The notes beneath the pieces were generated by a model, which made no database searches, was not told the DNA's origin, and saw only the letters and a list, made by a program, of their open reading frames with translations. The translations under genes and the position numbers were made by a program. A stretch of DNA of 64,000 nucleotides, from the NCBI GenBank assembly GCA_036785375.1, contig JAWMAR010000142.1, positions 2,666,001 through 2,730,000 of the forward strand, written 5' to 3'. The stretch is from Leucoraja ocellata (Eukaryota). Positions 25,506-38,999 of this stretch are shown piece after piece (within the stretch, counting starts at the first letter, position 1; each line of letters begins with the position of its first letter).

Positions 25506-26609
25506 ATATTTTATTTTCCAACACACAAAAAAATATACGTTGATAACTTTGGTTACTAAAAAAAAAAGAAACTATCCATTTTCAGTCTTAAATCTCTAAA
25601 TTACGCTATGTCCCCCTTTACTGCATGTTTTAATTTAGTTCAAGGCTATTGGGGCAGTACGGTGGCCAGAAAGTTGCTGCCTAAAATTGCCAGAGACCTG
25701 GAATTGATCCTGAATATGGGTGCTGTCTGTATGGAGTTTTGTTTTCTCGTTTATAACATTGTTTACAGAGTACTATGATTACATATTCTGTTGTGCTGCT
25801 GCAAGTAAGGATTTCATTATTCTAACTGGGACGTGAGAGAATAAAACACTTTTGACTTACGTCGCTGATGTGTGGGATAGAACTAGAATACGGGTGATCG
25901 GTGGTCGGCGTGGACTCAGTGGGTCGAAGGGCCTGTTTCCACGCTGTATCTTTAAATTAAACTAAAAACACTAAAACCAGAGGAAATGTAAAGAAGGGTT
26001 TCTACCCGAAACGTCGCCCAATTTTTTCTATCCAGAGATGCTGGCTGCTCCATGGAGTTTTTCAGAGTTTGGAGTTTGGTGGTGGTGGGTCCATTTCGAA
26101 TATTTTTGAAGGATCAGGAAACCAAGAAGCAAGAGTTACTCCAGGGAGTTACTGCAGGGAGTGATTCTGCGTTGTTTTTCAGTGGTCGCGGTGAGGCAGC
26201 GACCGGACAGCAATGGCGGCGAGAGCTCCCACAATGCAAAGGGAGGGAGAAAGTGGCCGACGCTGACCAGTTGCCGTGGCAGTGCTCATGTGCAGGGCTG
26301 CACATGCGCACAACCACGGCCGATGATGTGCTCGGCCGAGCGGATACCCGCGACCCGACCCGGGAGCTAGCGCCGAGCCGAGAGCGAGCGCCGAGCGGAG
26401 ACCCGAGAGCGAGCGCCGAGCGGAGACCCGAGAGCTAGAGCCGAGCCGAGACCCGGACACGGATGGCGGGCGGGTGTCCCGGTTGCTTCCCAAGCCGGGC
26501 AAAATGGCATGGCTTTTAGGTTGCCTGGCGGGACTGTAAGTTGCCATTGGCACCCGGGCAACCGTTAATTTCGAGCCCTGATATGTAAAAGCATGGCTCT
26601 ATATTATTA

Positions 26610-27353
26610 CTAGACTAAGTGGGACCCGTTGGGTCCCATGTTCACACGGGAGGGCTGGTCCCCCAACGCAATATTCCACCTCTCCACCAATTCCAATATT
26701 GGTGGTCAGTGGAGGGAAGCTGGGGGCTTTCTGGAGCGCTAGTATGGGTGTTGTGGGCCAAAGGGACTGGTTACCAGAGGCCTAGTATGGACATTGTGGG
26801 CCGAATGGATTCTTGGGCTGGCAGATCAGTCACTCAGGTCTGGTGGGCTGGCAGCTCAGTCACTCAGGGCTGGTGGGCTGGCAGCTCAGTCACTCAGGGC
26901 TGTGGGCTGGCAGCTCAGTCACTCAGGGCTGTGGGCTGGCAGCACAGTCACTCAGGGCTAGTGAGCTGGCAGATCAGTCAGTCAGGGCTGGTGGGCTGGT
27001 AGATCTGTCACACAGGGCTGGTGGGCTGACAGTTCACTCACGGCTATTTGGCAGAGTGCAGGCCAACAATCTCAATTTCACAGCATCTCAGGCAGAGTGC
27101 AGGCCACCAAACTCAATTTTGCAGCATTTCAGGCAGAGCACAGGCCGCCAAATTCAATTTCACAGTATTTCAAGCAGTGCAGGCCACCAAATTCAATTTC
27201 ATTGAATTGTCATTAAGGGCTAACAAATCATTTATTGCAAGTACATCGCAGATTCACAGTTCAGTTGATTCACAGCTTAGAATCTTAGATCACTCCCTCG
27301 CGATCTTCCAGAGTGACTGACTCACGTCTAGGCATCAGGGGTTTTATAGTCCT

Positions 27354-27393
<40 letters not shown>

Positions 27394-27621
27394 AAAGGGC
27401 GTTGCCTTCATCATGCAAGAGGACCAATCAGCTGATCACAAGATTTTTTAACACTCTTAACTTTTTTATTTTTCATTGATCAGAAAAATCCTCGGGGCTG
27501 CCTCAGCGGAGAAGGACTGTGAGTAAGATGGCCAAAAATCATAGATATATTTTTATTTTTTCTACAATCAATATACGCTGCAGATAGGAAGTGGTCAAGA
27601 TGAGACTTTTAGTTATATAGA
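26610..27621 (-). mobile_element. Non-autonomous Helitron, complete
   Basis: Minus strand: A|TCTATATAACTAAAA 5' end; 3' hairpin GGGACCC-AAC-GGGTCCC followed by ACTTAGT-CTAG|T; inserted in an A|T site with no TSD. Confidence 0.9.
26815..27200 (+). repeat. Two minisatellites inside the Helitron (~28-30 bp GGGCTGGCAGCTCAGTCACTCAGGGCT unit; ~40 bp GCAGAGTGCAGGCC...TCAATTTC unit)
   Basis: About 7 and about 4 degenerate tandem copies read directly. Confidence 0.9.
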
Positions 27622-29019
27622 TATAGCACTGCCTGTCGATAGTGGTAATGTCACATGTGTTGTGTGTGAGATGGAGGGTTTAGTGGGGAGGGAATGCAGG
27701 GGTTGTGTGTGTTAGAGAGAGTGAGTGCACAAGTGCACGTGCATGTGTGTTTATGAGTGAGAGGGAGAAAGAGAGAGTATGAATGCATGTGGGTGAACAA
27801 GAAGGTGAAGGAAACACATGAAGGCTGCAATATTTGCAGAATTAAATTGAGAGAAAAACAGATGAAGAAGAATATAAACACAGACATTCAGACCCATATA
27901 TCACATTCAGTGACAGATGCACTGATGCACTAAGACAACAATGTATGCACTAATACATTTATGTAAGAGGTCTAGTCAGACTGTATGACAGCTACAGATA
28001 ATGAGATATGGTAATGATTGCAGAGGTGTTTCTGCTATATCATCCTTCAACAATGCAAAGTTTATAAGATAATATTACCTGGAATAGTCAAATTCCACTG
28101 CTTTTAAAATTTAAAAACGCCCTATCCCAGAACACGCTTGGAACCTAAAGCTGCATTCTCGTTAAAAGAAAAATCAGCTCTCAAACCAGAAACAATTTTG
28201 TAACATCAGACAGCGAGATTGAGAACCTCTTATCTGAATGATAAGAACAGCTCACTGACAAATAGTCAGGTACTTAAGAGCTGGTTCTCTAAATATTTAA
28301 AATAGGTAATTAACAGATCATATATCCAAGTCGAATAATAACCAAACCCATCAAAAAAGATCCGCTTAAGCTTTGATTCAATCAGTCAGAAAGAAAAAAT
28401 CATTAAATTCATATAATTTTGAACAAGCGACCAGGAGCACATTCATCTCATTCTATTGTTTGATTGAATTTTATTGCTGCCCACAGAGTCTATTATTCAA
28501 TTCTGAGCACAATTGTAACATCGTACGAATAATAGATTACAGGATACTGCAATCTGTTGTGAGGTACCCCAGGAATGCTTCTGAATCCATCTTATTTTGT
28601 TCATCTGGTCCTTGAGGGATGAGAAGACCTTCTCTGGTGAGACTGTACAGAGTGGCTGTGCGTGCGAGTGTATGTGTGCCCACCTGTCAGTGTCAATACA
28701 TGTGTGGATGTAGACAGCCCTTTTAAACCTATCAATATTCAATTCCTAAACAAACCTATTGGTACCTGGAAGGTTTCAGATTGGCCATGCTTTAAGAGAT
28801 TCAGATTCAGATTCAATTTTAATTGTCATTGTCAGTGTACAGTACAGAGACAACGAAATGCATTTAGCATCTCCCTTGAAGAGCGACATAGCAAACGATT
28901 TGAATAAAAAAATAACAAGTGTCCGGAGGGGGGGGGGGGGTGGTGATTGGCAGTCACCGAGGTACGTTAAGCACGGTTTACATCCAGGCGACAGCTCTAC
29001 CATGATTGATTTATTCAAA

Positions 29020-29325
29020 GGCACAGCATAGAAACAGGCCCTTTAGCCCATCGAATCCATGCTGACCATCGATCACCTGTTCACTGTAGCTCTATATTAT
29101 CCCACATCGCATCACTATCTACACTAGGGGCAATTTACAGCAGTCAATTGACCTACAAACCTGCATGTCTTTGGATTGTGGGAAGAAAGCCGAGTACCTA
29201 GAGGAAACTCACACAGTCACAGGGAGAGCGTGCAAACGCCATACAGCCAACACCCAAGGTAATGATTGAACTCGGGAGTACGGATCTTTGAGGCAGCAGC
29301 TCTACCAGCTGTGCCGCTATGCCGC
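29020..29325 (-). mobile_element. HE1-like V-SINE, diverged
   Basis: GAAACAGGCCC tail, ACCTACAAACCTGCATGTCTTTGG core. Confidence 0.8.
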
Positions 29326-29589
29326 CCATAATTTTCCATATACTATGTCTTTCCTTGCTGTCTAACAAAGAACCAAGACAAGGTCAAATTATGGTAAAAA
29401 AGGAGGCTTTCCCCATCAACAGACATTTCAATGTCCAGGAACACATATTTTGGGTAGAAGACGCAAGGGAGATTCGAAGAAATACAGCTTTTCATTCAGT
29501 GTAGTTATTGTCCAAAATTAACTCCCGATTAGAGTAGGAATTTGAAATTATTGTGGTCTAAACTAGATATGTGGATGCAAGATATCATT

Positions 29590-29815
29590 TTAGTTTTTAA
29601 GTTTAGAGATACAGCATGGTAACTGGCCCTTCAGCTCAACGCATCCATGCCAACCAGAGATCCCCGCACACTTACACCATCCTGCACACAATAGGGACAA
29701 ATTTCAATTTTATCAAGCCAAGTAGCCTACACACCTGTTTGTCTTTGGAGTGTGGAAGGAAACCAGAGCTCCTGGAGAAAACCCACGCAGGTAACGGGGA
29801 GAACGTACAGACTCC
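29590..29815 (-). mobile_element. HE1-like V-SINE, 5'-truncated
   Basis: TTTAGAGATACAGC tail through GGGGAGAACGTACAGACTCC. Confidence 0.8.
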
Positions 29816-30057
29816 AAATCCAAACTCCAGAACTAGACATCTAAGATATATAAATTATCTTAGATATACAATTTCACAAAAGTGATCATTGTCTTGTGCA
29901 TTTTTCAAGGTGAGTGAAGTCGAAGACAGGTCTTCAACGTGAAAGGACGGGGTGTAAAGCCACTGCGTCTCCCAATTCTCCAAAAATAAACCTAGTTAAA
30001 AGGGAAAGCCATATTAATTTTCCTAAACTGTCTCCAATTAAAACAATCCTGTGGTGG

Positions 30058-30357
30058 CACGGTGGCGTAGCGGTAAAGCTACTGCCTTACAGCACCAGAG
30101 ATCCGGATTTGATCCTGACTACAAGTGCTGTCTGTACGGAGTTTGTATAGTCTCCCCGTGACCTGCGTGGGTTTTCTCCAAGATTGTCTGTTTCCTCCCA
30201 CACTCCAAAGACGTACAGGTTTGTAGGTTAATTGGCTTGGTATAAATGTAAAATAAATTGTCCCTAGTGTCTGTAGGGTAGTGTTAATGGGCGTCATTGC
30301 AAACTTGGTGGGCCGAAAGGCCTGTTTCGACCCTGTATCTCTCTAAACTAAACTAAA
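30058..30357 (+). mobile_element. HE1-like V-SINE, full length
   Basis: CACGGTGGCGTAGCGG head, V-domain, (CTAAA)n tail. Confidence 0.9.
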
Positions 30358-31736
30358 CGTTGCTGGTATAAGTCACTCTTCCTGTTTCTGAAACTTAGAT
30401 TGACACTAAAATCCCAACTTGTCCATGCAAACACCTCAATGGAGTTAGTAGCTTCTAGTTGTCTCCAGTAGTTGTCTCCAGCACGATTGTGCATATCAAC
30501 TAAATGCTTGCATTGCAAGATACTCCCTCAATATTGTGAATGCAGTGAAACATGACCCTCACTTCATGAGATATTCCCACAGCACAACATGCCCTTTAGC
30601 AACCACATCTATGTCAACATCAATTACACACCCACACCATCCCAGTTACCACCAATTGGTGTGTTGCTTTCTTCGCCTTGGCAATTCAAGTGATTGTCTT
30701 GCTTCTTCTTAAATGTTATGAGAGGATGCCACCTCTACCACCTACTCAGGCGGTGCTTTCCACTTTCCAACTGGCAGATAGGCAAAAAAAAAAACGTCCT
30801 CACATGCCCCGTAAACATTTCACTCCATATCCAAAATTATTGGGGTAAAATATTGAGAGGGCATTGGAGAAAGTTTTTTTTCACCTGTCGGCTGATTGGG
30901 AAATGGAAAACACTGTCTGAATGGGTGACAGAAGTGATCCTCTCATTTTTTACACCATTGTTATAGGGACAATGTTATTATTATCATTATCTGCCCTGCT
31001 TCTGCTCCCATAATGTGTAGGAAGGAACTCAGCAGGACAGGCAGCATGGGTGACGTTTTGGGTCGAGACACCATTCTCCAGGCTGATCAGGCCATGTATA
31101 AAGCCATATTTACTGTCGCTAATTAAACCCTTCTCTTCCAAATGGGAGGGAAATCCCATCCACCCGTGCTGGAGTCTGGAGCAACTAACAATCTGCTGGA
31201 GGAAATCAGTGGGTCGACCAGCATCTGTGGAGGGAAGTGAAAAGTCTTAGTTTTGGTTTGGGACCCTTCGTCTTGACTGGCCTTCTTTCCGTCCGTTGAT
31301 GAAGAATTTTGACTCGAAATGTCCACCGTCCATTTCCACCCACAATCGTCACGTTCTTCCAGCAGATTGTTGGTTCATCCCGAGATGTGTGACAGGGATG
31401 TAGAATTGTAGGATGCCAGATCTTTCCTTCGTAAAGGCATAACATGCAGCTGTGCCTGCATCTTTGCACGCACGGAGTTCCATAAATACTGATTTGTCTT
31501 TGTCCAATGTGAATTCATGGATGATCGGCTTTAACTGCCCATAACTGCAGCCTGACTTTACTAAACCATCCACAATGAAGCTGCTCGAGCCTGTGAATTC
31601 AAACCATGATGGTCTGTAAGTTTACAAACATAACCCTGACAAAATACTTCCTCCGCCAAAAAAAGCAAGAGTGGAAAAGCTAAGCCAGTTCTATTTCAAG
31701 CTGATTAGAGAATCATGATTTTTTTTTTAAAGCATA

Positions 31737-33133
31737 CAGTGCCCTCCATAATGTTTGGGACAGACCCATCATTTATTTATTTGCCTCTGTTCTCCATAAA
31801 TTGAAATTTGTAATAGAAAAAAATCACATGTGGTTAAAGTGTACATTGTCAGATTTTAATAAAGGCCATTTTTATCCATTTTGGTTTCATCATGTAGAAA
31901 TTACAGCAGTGTTTATACATAGTCCCCCCATTTCAGGGCACCATAATGTTTGGCACACAGCAATGTCATGTAAATGAAAGTAGCCATGTTTAGTATTTTG
32001 TTGCATATCATTTGCATGCAATGACTGCTTGAAATCTGCGATTCATGGACATCACCAGTTGCTGGGTGTCTTCTCTGGTGATGCTCTGCCATCTGCCATG
32101 GTATTGCAGCCATCTTTAGCTTATGGTTGTTTTGGGGTTAGTCCCCTTCAGTTTTCTCTTCAGCATATAAAGGGCATGCTCGATTGGGTTCAGATCGGTC
32201 GATTGACTTGGCCACTCAAGAATTGACCATTTTGCAGCTTTGAAAAACTCCTTTGTTGCTTTAGCAGTATGTTTGGGATCATTGTCTTACTGTAGATAGA
32301 ACCGCCGGCCAATGAGTTTGGAAGCATTTGTTTGAACTTGAGCAGAGAGGATGTGTCTATACATTTCAGAATTCATTATGCTGCTACCATCAGCAGTTGT
32401 ATCATCAATGAAGATAAGTGAGCCAGTACCTTCAGCAGCCATACATGCCCAGGCCATAACAACCCCACCAACGTGTTTCACAGGTGAGGTGGTATGCTTT
32501 GGATCTTGGGCAGTTCCTTCTCTCCTTTATAATTTGCTCTTGCCATCACTCTGATATAAGTTAATGTTCGTCTCATCTATCAGCAAGACCTTTTTCCAGA
32601 ACTGTGGTTGCTCTTTTAAGTACTTCTTGGCAAACTGTAACCTGACCATCCTATTTTTTGCGGCTAACCAGTGGTTTGCATCTTGCAGTGTAGCCTCTGT
32701 AATTCTGTTCATGAAGTCTTCTGCGGACAATGGTCATTGACAAATCCACATCTGAAGAGTGTTTCTGATCTGTCGGACAGGTGTTTGGGGATTTTTCTTT
32801 ATTATAGAGAGAATTCTTCTGTCATCAACTGTGGAGGTCTTCCTTGGCCTGCCATTCCTTTTGTGATTAGTAAGCTCACCAGTGCTCTCTTTCTTCTTAA
32901 TGATGTTCCAAATAGTTGATTTTTGGTAAAACTGAGGTTTGGCTGATGTCTCTAACAGTTTTATTCTTGTTTCTCAGTCTCATAATGGCTTCTTTGACTT
33001 TCATTGGCACAACTTTGGTCCTCATGTTGATGAACAGCAATAAAAGTTTCCAAAGGTGATGGAAAGACTGGAGAAAATACTAGGTGCTGAGAGCTCTCTT
33101 GTACCTGCATTAAGGAGGCAATTACACACACCT
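31737..33133 (-). mobile_element. Tc1/mariner transposon (same family as 1-885), transposase pseudogene, second TIR missing
   Basis: TA|CAGTGCCCTCCATAATGTTTGG; minus-strand peptides RLQFAKKYLKEQPQFWKKVLLIDETNINL and KHVGGVVMAWACMAAEGTG. Confidence 0.93.
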
Positions 33134-33289
33134 ATCTTCTTCTTGCGTATTGCGTGCACATCCGAAAGTTGTGCACGCCAGGTTGATTGCATTCGTCGAA
33201 ACAGGGCAGACCACGTGACATTTATTTGCATAATATTTAATTGGGTGACCAATCATTACTTTCCTTTCTATAGTTCTTTTCTCATAGTT

Positions 33290-33595
33290 ACAATAGCGCA
33301 GCTGGTACAGCTGCTGCCTCACAGCGCCAGATCCAGGTTCGATCCTGACCTTTGGAGCTGTCTGAGCGGTGTTTGCAAATTCTCCCTGTGACCGTGTGGA
33401 TTTCCTCTGGGTGCCCCGGTTTACTCCCACATCCCAAAGACGTGTGGGTTTGTAGCTATTAATTGCCCCTAGTGCATAGGAAGTGAATAGAAAAGTGGGA
33501 TTACATAGAACTAGTGTGACCCGTTGATCGATGGTCGGCGTGGTCCCAGTGGGTCGAAGGATCTGTTTATATACTGTATCACTAAACTAAACTAA
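33290..33595 (+). mobile_element. HE1-like V-SINE
   Basis: GCGCAGCTGGTACAGCTGCTGCCTCACAGCGCCAG head, GGTTCGATCC, (CTAAA)n tail. Confidence 0.85.
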
Positions 33596-34349
33596 GCTAG
33601 AAAAAAAATTCCAAACTCATTCAAACAAACAAAATGGAATCCGAAGAGAGGCAGGATTGTTTGCAGGGAAATTCTAGGCAGCATTTTCAAGAAGGAGTGA
33701 AAGAAAGAGAGATTACAGGGCTGGAGAAACAACAGGGGAAGGGCAAGAACGGGCAGACATTTGAAAATGTGGGAATCTTTAGAATCAAGTTGTTGCTTAA
33801 TATGAAGGCAAAGTAGTTCAACAACACATGAGCTGGAGCTGGCACGAGTTAGGATGTTGGCAGCAGACTTTTGGATGACCTCAAAGCGTAGAATTAATGA
33901 AGATGATGAGGAGGGTGCTTGAAATAATCATGTCTCAATTTAACAAGGTCATGCTTGGAACTTTCAGTGACAGATGAGCTGGTGCTCAATGAACTTGTGC
34001 AAGGAGATGAAGGTGGAAATGGATAGGGGCTCAGATACAAACATCAGTACATCAGAATTTGCAGCAGGACAAGGCCATCTTGTCCTTCAGGACTGCATGA
34101 TTCCTATCAACCTCTGCTTGGAATTAACTCTATGGCAGCTTCAAAGATTCACCACCCTTCAGGATGATGTTTCACTTGATTTCAATCCTTAAATTATCTT
34201 CTCTTTATTCTCTGAGACTCTGAGCCTTGATTCTAGGCTCCTCAGCCAAGAGAAACATCCTCACTTCATCCACCCCATAAATCTCTGTGAACAGTTTAAA
34301 AGTTTCTAATGCTTTCATAAACTCTAAAGTATAAAAGTCTTTGAGGAGT

Positions 34350-34670
34350 CACAGTAGCGCAATTGGTAGAGCTGCTGCCTCATAGCGCCAGAGACCCAGG
34401 TTTGATGTTGTTCTTAGGTGTTGTCTGTGTGGAGTTTGCAAGTTCTACCTGTGGCCGCCTGGATTTGCATAGGCTGTTCTGGTTTCCTCCCCAAACATGC
34501 AAATATATAGGTTAATTGGCCTTAGTAACTTTCCCCCGATGTGTAGGAAGTGAATGAGAAAGTGGCATGACATGTGTATGGGTGTGTGCATGGGTGATCG
34601 ACAGTCGGCGTGGACTCGGTGGGCTGAAGGGCCTGTTTCCATGCTGTATATCCAAACAAATAAACTAAAA
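34350..34670 (+). mobile_element. HE1-like V-SINE
   Basis: Head, V-domain and GAAGGGCCTGTTTCC tail. Confidence 0.85.
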
Positions 34671-36611
34671 ACAAAATCTAAAGCTCTCCGAATCCAAGAA
34701 CCAGTATAAATTGGAACATTTTAAAATGATTCATTATAAAATCAACTGGTCAGAGCAAAATAAACTGATATGTAAAAAGATGAAATGAAGACAATGATAA
34801 AGGGAAATAAATAATTTGCCAACGATAAATACATTTTTAAGGAATGACAATAGTTTCATTAATTACATTTTCAAGGCCAAATAAGTGATTGCCATACCAC
34901 ACCATTAAAAATGTGTTTATAATTGAAGGCACCAACCTTTATTCATTTTCTGCATGTTTGCTGTATACTTTGTGGACAAATACAGCAACTTCATTTCCTT
35001 CCTGCATTTTAATGCCAATTATTATGATGAGGAAAAGACTTTGGAGATGAAAAAACTCTCTTTAGTCCCAAACTGTTTCATCAAAAGCACATTGAAACAA
35101 AGTACATTAAAGCTAAACACCGACGGACTAATTGGTGAATCTCCACAAATGCCACCCAACTCAGTAAATACTTCCAGCCTTTCAGTTTTCTTTTCAGGTT
35201 TGCAGTATCTGCTGTATTGTTTGAAATTATTATTTTTTGCCAAATACTGCTTTGTAAAAATAAGTACTTAAGAATATCAAGGTAAAAACAGGAGTGGAAT
35301 ATGCAGAAATTAGCACAGGCCAACTACCATGTTCACTGTTCCAGATGGCTCACTGATAGCAAAGCTTTAGTAGATGCCTTAAGCGGTTGAAGAATGCCTT
35401 TGTAAAAAGGGAATGTGGGATACATCATAGAATTATACAGCATGGGAATAGGCCCTTCGGCCCAATACATCCATGCCGACCATGATGCCCAGTCTAAGCT
35501 AGTCCCCATATCCCTCTAATCCTTTCATATCCATCTACCTATCCAAATGTATTTTAAATGTGGTTCTTGTACCTACTTGTACTACTTCCACTGGCAGCTT
35601 GTTCCCTATACCCACCACCCTCTTTAAATTTATCAATCATCTCAAACTATGCTAACCTATGATCAGGTAATGCAGCACAAGCTAGGAGTTATACCGTGTA
35701 CCTTCAAACTCTATAGAATTTGGATACTTGTTGCCCAGCAAAACAACTGGAGATGAAAACAAATATTGACTATTTACAGACGATGGACCTTTTACTATTA
35801 ACCAGTTCTTTGGTTGCATTACTTATTCAAGTACACAACTTGCATCGAGTCCCAAAACCTTTAAATTCCAAAATCTGTGTTCTTATTCCTAAAGCAATAG
35901 CTTACTAACTTTGTCGCATTATTACTGTCAATGTGTGCCTCTGTCATGGTTGCTTTGTGAAATGTTGGTTGCTAAAATTTGCAGATGGTTAGGAAATGAA
36001 CCGGGTCAAGTGCACCAGGTGCTAGTCTTTAACCGCAAGGAGACATGCGGAGAGAAATTTACTTTTTTCCAATACCTGAAAGTCAGACTGATTATAAACG
36101 TAAACCTGCTCTTCCTGGAACTGAGAAAATCAAACATATCACTAGCTACCTTGGCGCAGAAGTTGTTCGATTATCACAGTTCAGGCGATATGTTGAGTAG
36201 ATAAGAAAGGAAGTGCGCCAGAACTTCAGTTCCTCATCACTGGCATTAGATGAATATGCAGTCATATCAACTGTGGAGAATCAGGCTCGATTGCAATGGT
36301 GACGTTCTAGAGTTGGCAGTGTTTGCCCCTGAGCAATTGACAAAAGATTCCGGGCACAATATGAACAGCAGCCCACTGCGGCCAAAAGATGGAAGACTGC
36401 CATGTCCAGAGATAGGATTGATGCACTAAACCATTACTGCATTTGCCAAGTGCCGAGATGGAAATCCTGAAAAGATTACAAACTTGGTCACAAACAGGAA
36501 TGTGTTAGGATGTGACGCATCAAAAAAGCAGCACTAAAGCGCAACAGTGGAGCTGGGCTTAATTCAAGATCATTTTGAAGAGCTTCATTGCAATACACAA
36601 TGTAATACATT

Positions 36612-36965
36612 GTAATAATAATAATAATAATCTTTATTTATATAGCACTTTTCAACAAAACCAGTATTTGAACCAAAGTGCTTTACAGAGATTGATTAAA
36701 TTAATTGAACAGATCAAAAGTCAATAAATCCATACAAAACAAAAAAGAGAAAAAAGAAAAAAGACACAGAACAGTACACTATAGAAATCAACATGAAACG
36801 TCCCCCCACAGCAGAATTCACTGTGAGGGAAGGCACTAAAAATATCCAGTTCTCCCCCTCATAGTCCACCCGAGGTCGGGGTCTATATGTGGCCTCCTCA
36901 GCCAACTCGATGTTCTCAGGCCCTCTGCCGCGAAGCTGGATCATCGGCGTCGGGTAATACACAAG
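36612..36965 (-). mobile_element. Retroposon fragment with L2-like tail and the shared hairpin
   Basis: (TAA)n tail, TATATAGCACTTTT...CAAAGTGCTTTAC (L2-type 3' end), hairpin at 36797-36835. Confidence 0.65.
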
Positions 36966-38290
36966 CACTGGCTGTCATGGAGGAAAGCGAGTGGCAGGGT
37001 ACCCAGATTCACTTCTGTTCATAAGTGAGACAACTGTCAAATGTGGGGCAGGAGTGGTCTCAAATTAGTAAAGAGAAAACCTCCATTGAATGGAGTAATG
37101 CCAGAGAAAGTACCATCATCTCCCAAGTTATCTCCAGGCCACAGTAAACACAGCTCCCTGATGCACGCACACACAAACTTGCATATAAACACATGCACCC
37201 TCTACACTGCCCTTTCCACCCACACATACACAGGGCAAGCCTCAAAATGCAGCATAATAAAGAAGCTCCTCAACTTCTTTAACTTCCTCCACTGCAGGTG
37301 AAGCAGTGAGGAACAGATGGGATCAACCAGACCAAAGGCAGCTGCTTTCTGTAAAACACATAACCAGCGTGAGGGTGACAATCCTTCTCCTCTTGACCAG
37401 AGGGATCAGTGAGATGCAAACAAACCCTTCAGCACAGATCAACATAAAATATCCCTGATAACCTCACCTACAATGTCTCAGTGTGGTTACTTTGACCTCT
37501 GTATTGTTCAACAGTGGGTGTCTGGAATGTGTTGCCAGAGGTGGTGGTGGAGGAAGATATGATAGTGGCTTTTAAGAGGCTTTCAGATAGGTACATGGAT
37601 AAGCAGGGAATGGAGGGATATGGATCATGTGCAGACGGGTGGGATTAGTTTATCATGGCATGGATATTGTGGGCCAAAGGGCCTCTTCCTGTGCTGTACT
37701 GTTCCATGTTCCAAGTGCAGGAAAGCAATTGCAGGAGCTCAACAGATGAGGTGAAGGGATGGTTTTTCTCCCTGCACTGTCCCAGAGGATTCCTGGAGTC
37801 TTTTCAGTCTATCCAGACTTGTACAAGCACGATGGTTTGCTCGTTGTCAGCCTGATTGAATGCAGGGATGATAAGGAGCACAGTGAAGGAGGCTATGCAG
37901 TTTAGTTTAGTTAAGTTTGGTTTATTGTCACGTGTACCGAGGTACAGTGATAAGCTTTTTTGTTGTGTGCCATCCAGTCACGGAAAGATTCTACATGATT
38001 ACAATCAAGCAGCCCACAGTGTAAAGAGAACAACGTTTAGGGCAAAATAAAGTCTAGTAAAGTCTGATTAAAGATAGTTTATGGGTCTCCAATGAGGTAG
38101 ATGGAAGGTCAGGGCCACTCTCTAGTTGATGATAACATGGTTAAGAGTCAGGAGACTAGAATCTAAAAAGGACACTAAGCGCTGGAGTAACTCAGCGGGT
38201 CAGGTCGCATGGATAGATTATGTTTCGGGTCGGGACGCTTCTGAAGAACAGTCTTGACCAGAAACGTCACCTATCGGAGAACATGGTTAT

Positions 38291-38904
38291 GGGCCTGTCC
38301 CACTGAGGCGACTTTTTAGGCGACTGCAGGAGACTATGCAGTCGCCACATGTTCGCGGGTGTTTGCCGGCAGTCGCCTTCATGGTCGTGAGGAGTTCCCT
38401 CCCCTCTTAAAGGACTTACCGTACACTGTGCTTTAGCCGTCTTAATTACAGCGCCAACCTTCCTGTACATCACGGTGCATGTCTGTATCCCTTGGCTTTA
38501 CACAGTGTAAATTCCACTCAGACAGTGCTCTCCCAGCTTGCCCTGTCCCCCGCCCACATAACGGGCTGGTGANNNNNNNNNNNNNNNNNNNNNNNNNNNN
38601 NNNNNNNNNNNNNNNNNNNNNNNNNNNNNNNNNNNNNNNNNNNNNNNNNNNNNNNNNNNNNNNNNNNNNNNNNNNNNNNNNNNNNNNNNNNNNNNNNNNN
38701 NNNNNNNNNNNNNNNNNNNNNNNNNNNNNNNNNNNNNNNNNNNNNNNNNNNNNNNNNNNNNNNNNNNNNNNNNNNNNNNNNNNNNNNNNNNNNNNNNNNN
38801 NNNNNNNNNNNNNNNNNNNNNNNNNNNGCAGTTTTTCAGGCGACTGCCGACAACTTGACTGTAGCCGGCAGTCGCCTGAAAATTCGCCTAAGTGGAACAG
38901 ACCC
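38291..38904. mobile_element. PIF/Harbinger-like MITE spanning an assembly gap
   Basis: Imperfect TIRs GGGCCTGTCCCACTGAGGCGA / TCGCCTAAGTGGAACAGACCC; subterminal GGCGACTG repeats; TSD not recognisable. Confidence 0.65.
38573..38827. other. Assembly gap (N run)
   Basis: Ns in the sequence. Confidence 1.
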
Positions 38905-38971
38905 AAAAGAGACGTTTCAGGTCTGGACCCTAATGAAGAACAGTCTCGACCCAGAACATCACCTATCAAGT

Positions 38972-38999
38972 CTGAAGAAGGGTCCCAACCCGAAACGTC
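38972..38999 (+). ncRNA. Minimal hammerhead ribozyme core
   Basis: CTGAAGA-A-GGGT-CCCA-ACCC-GAAAC-GTC. Confidence 0.7.

Larger units (their letters stand above)
24488..26580. mobile_element. Non-autonomous hAT-like (hAT5-type) element with 5-bp TSD and nested repeats
   Basis: Termini CAGGGCTC...TTAAC / GTTAA...GAGCCCTG; ATATG at 24483-24487 and 26581-26585; subterminal GTTGCC/GGCAAC repeats at both ends. Confidence 0.75.

Noticed and set aside
26813-27205. Repeat arrays resembling CRISPR or a repetitive protein
   Set aside because: Head-to-tail degenerate units with no unique spacers, inside a Helitron in eukaryotic DNA.
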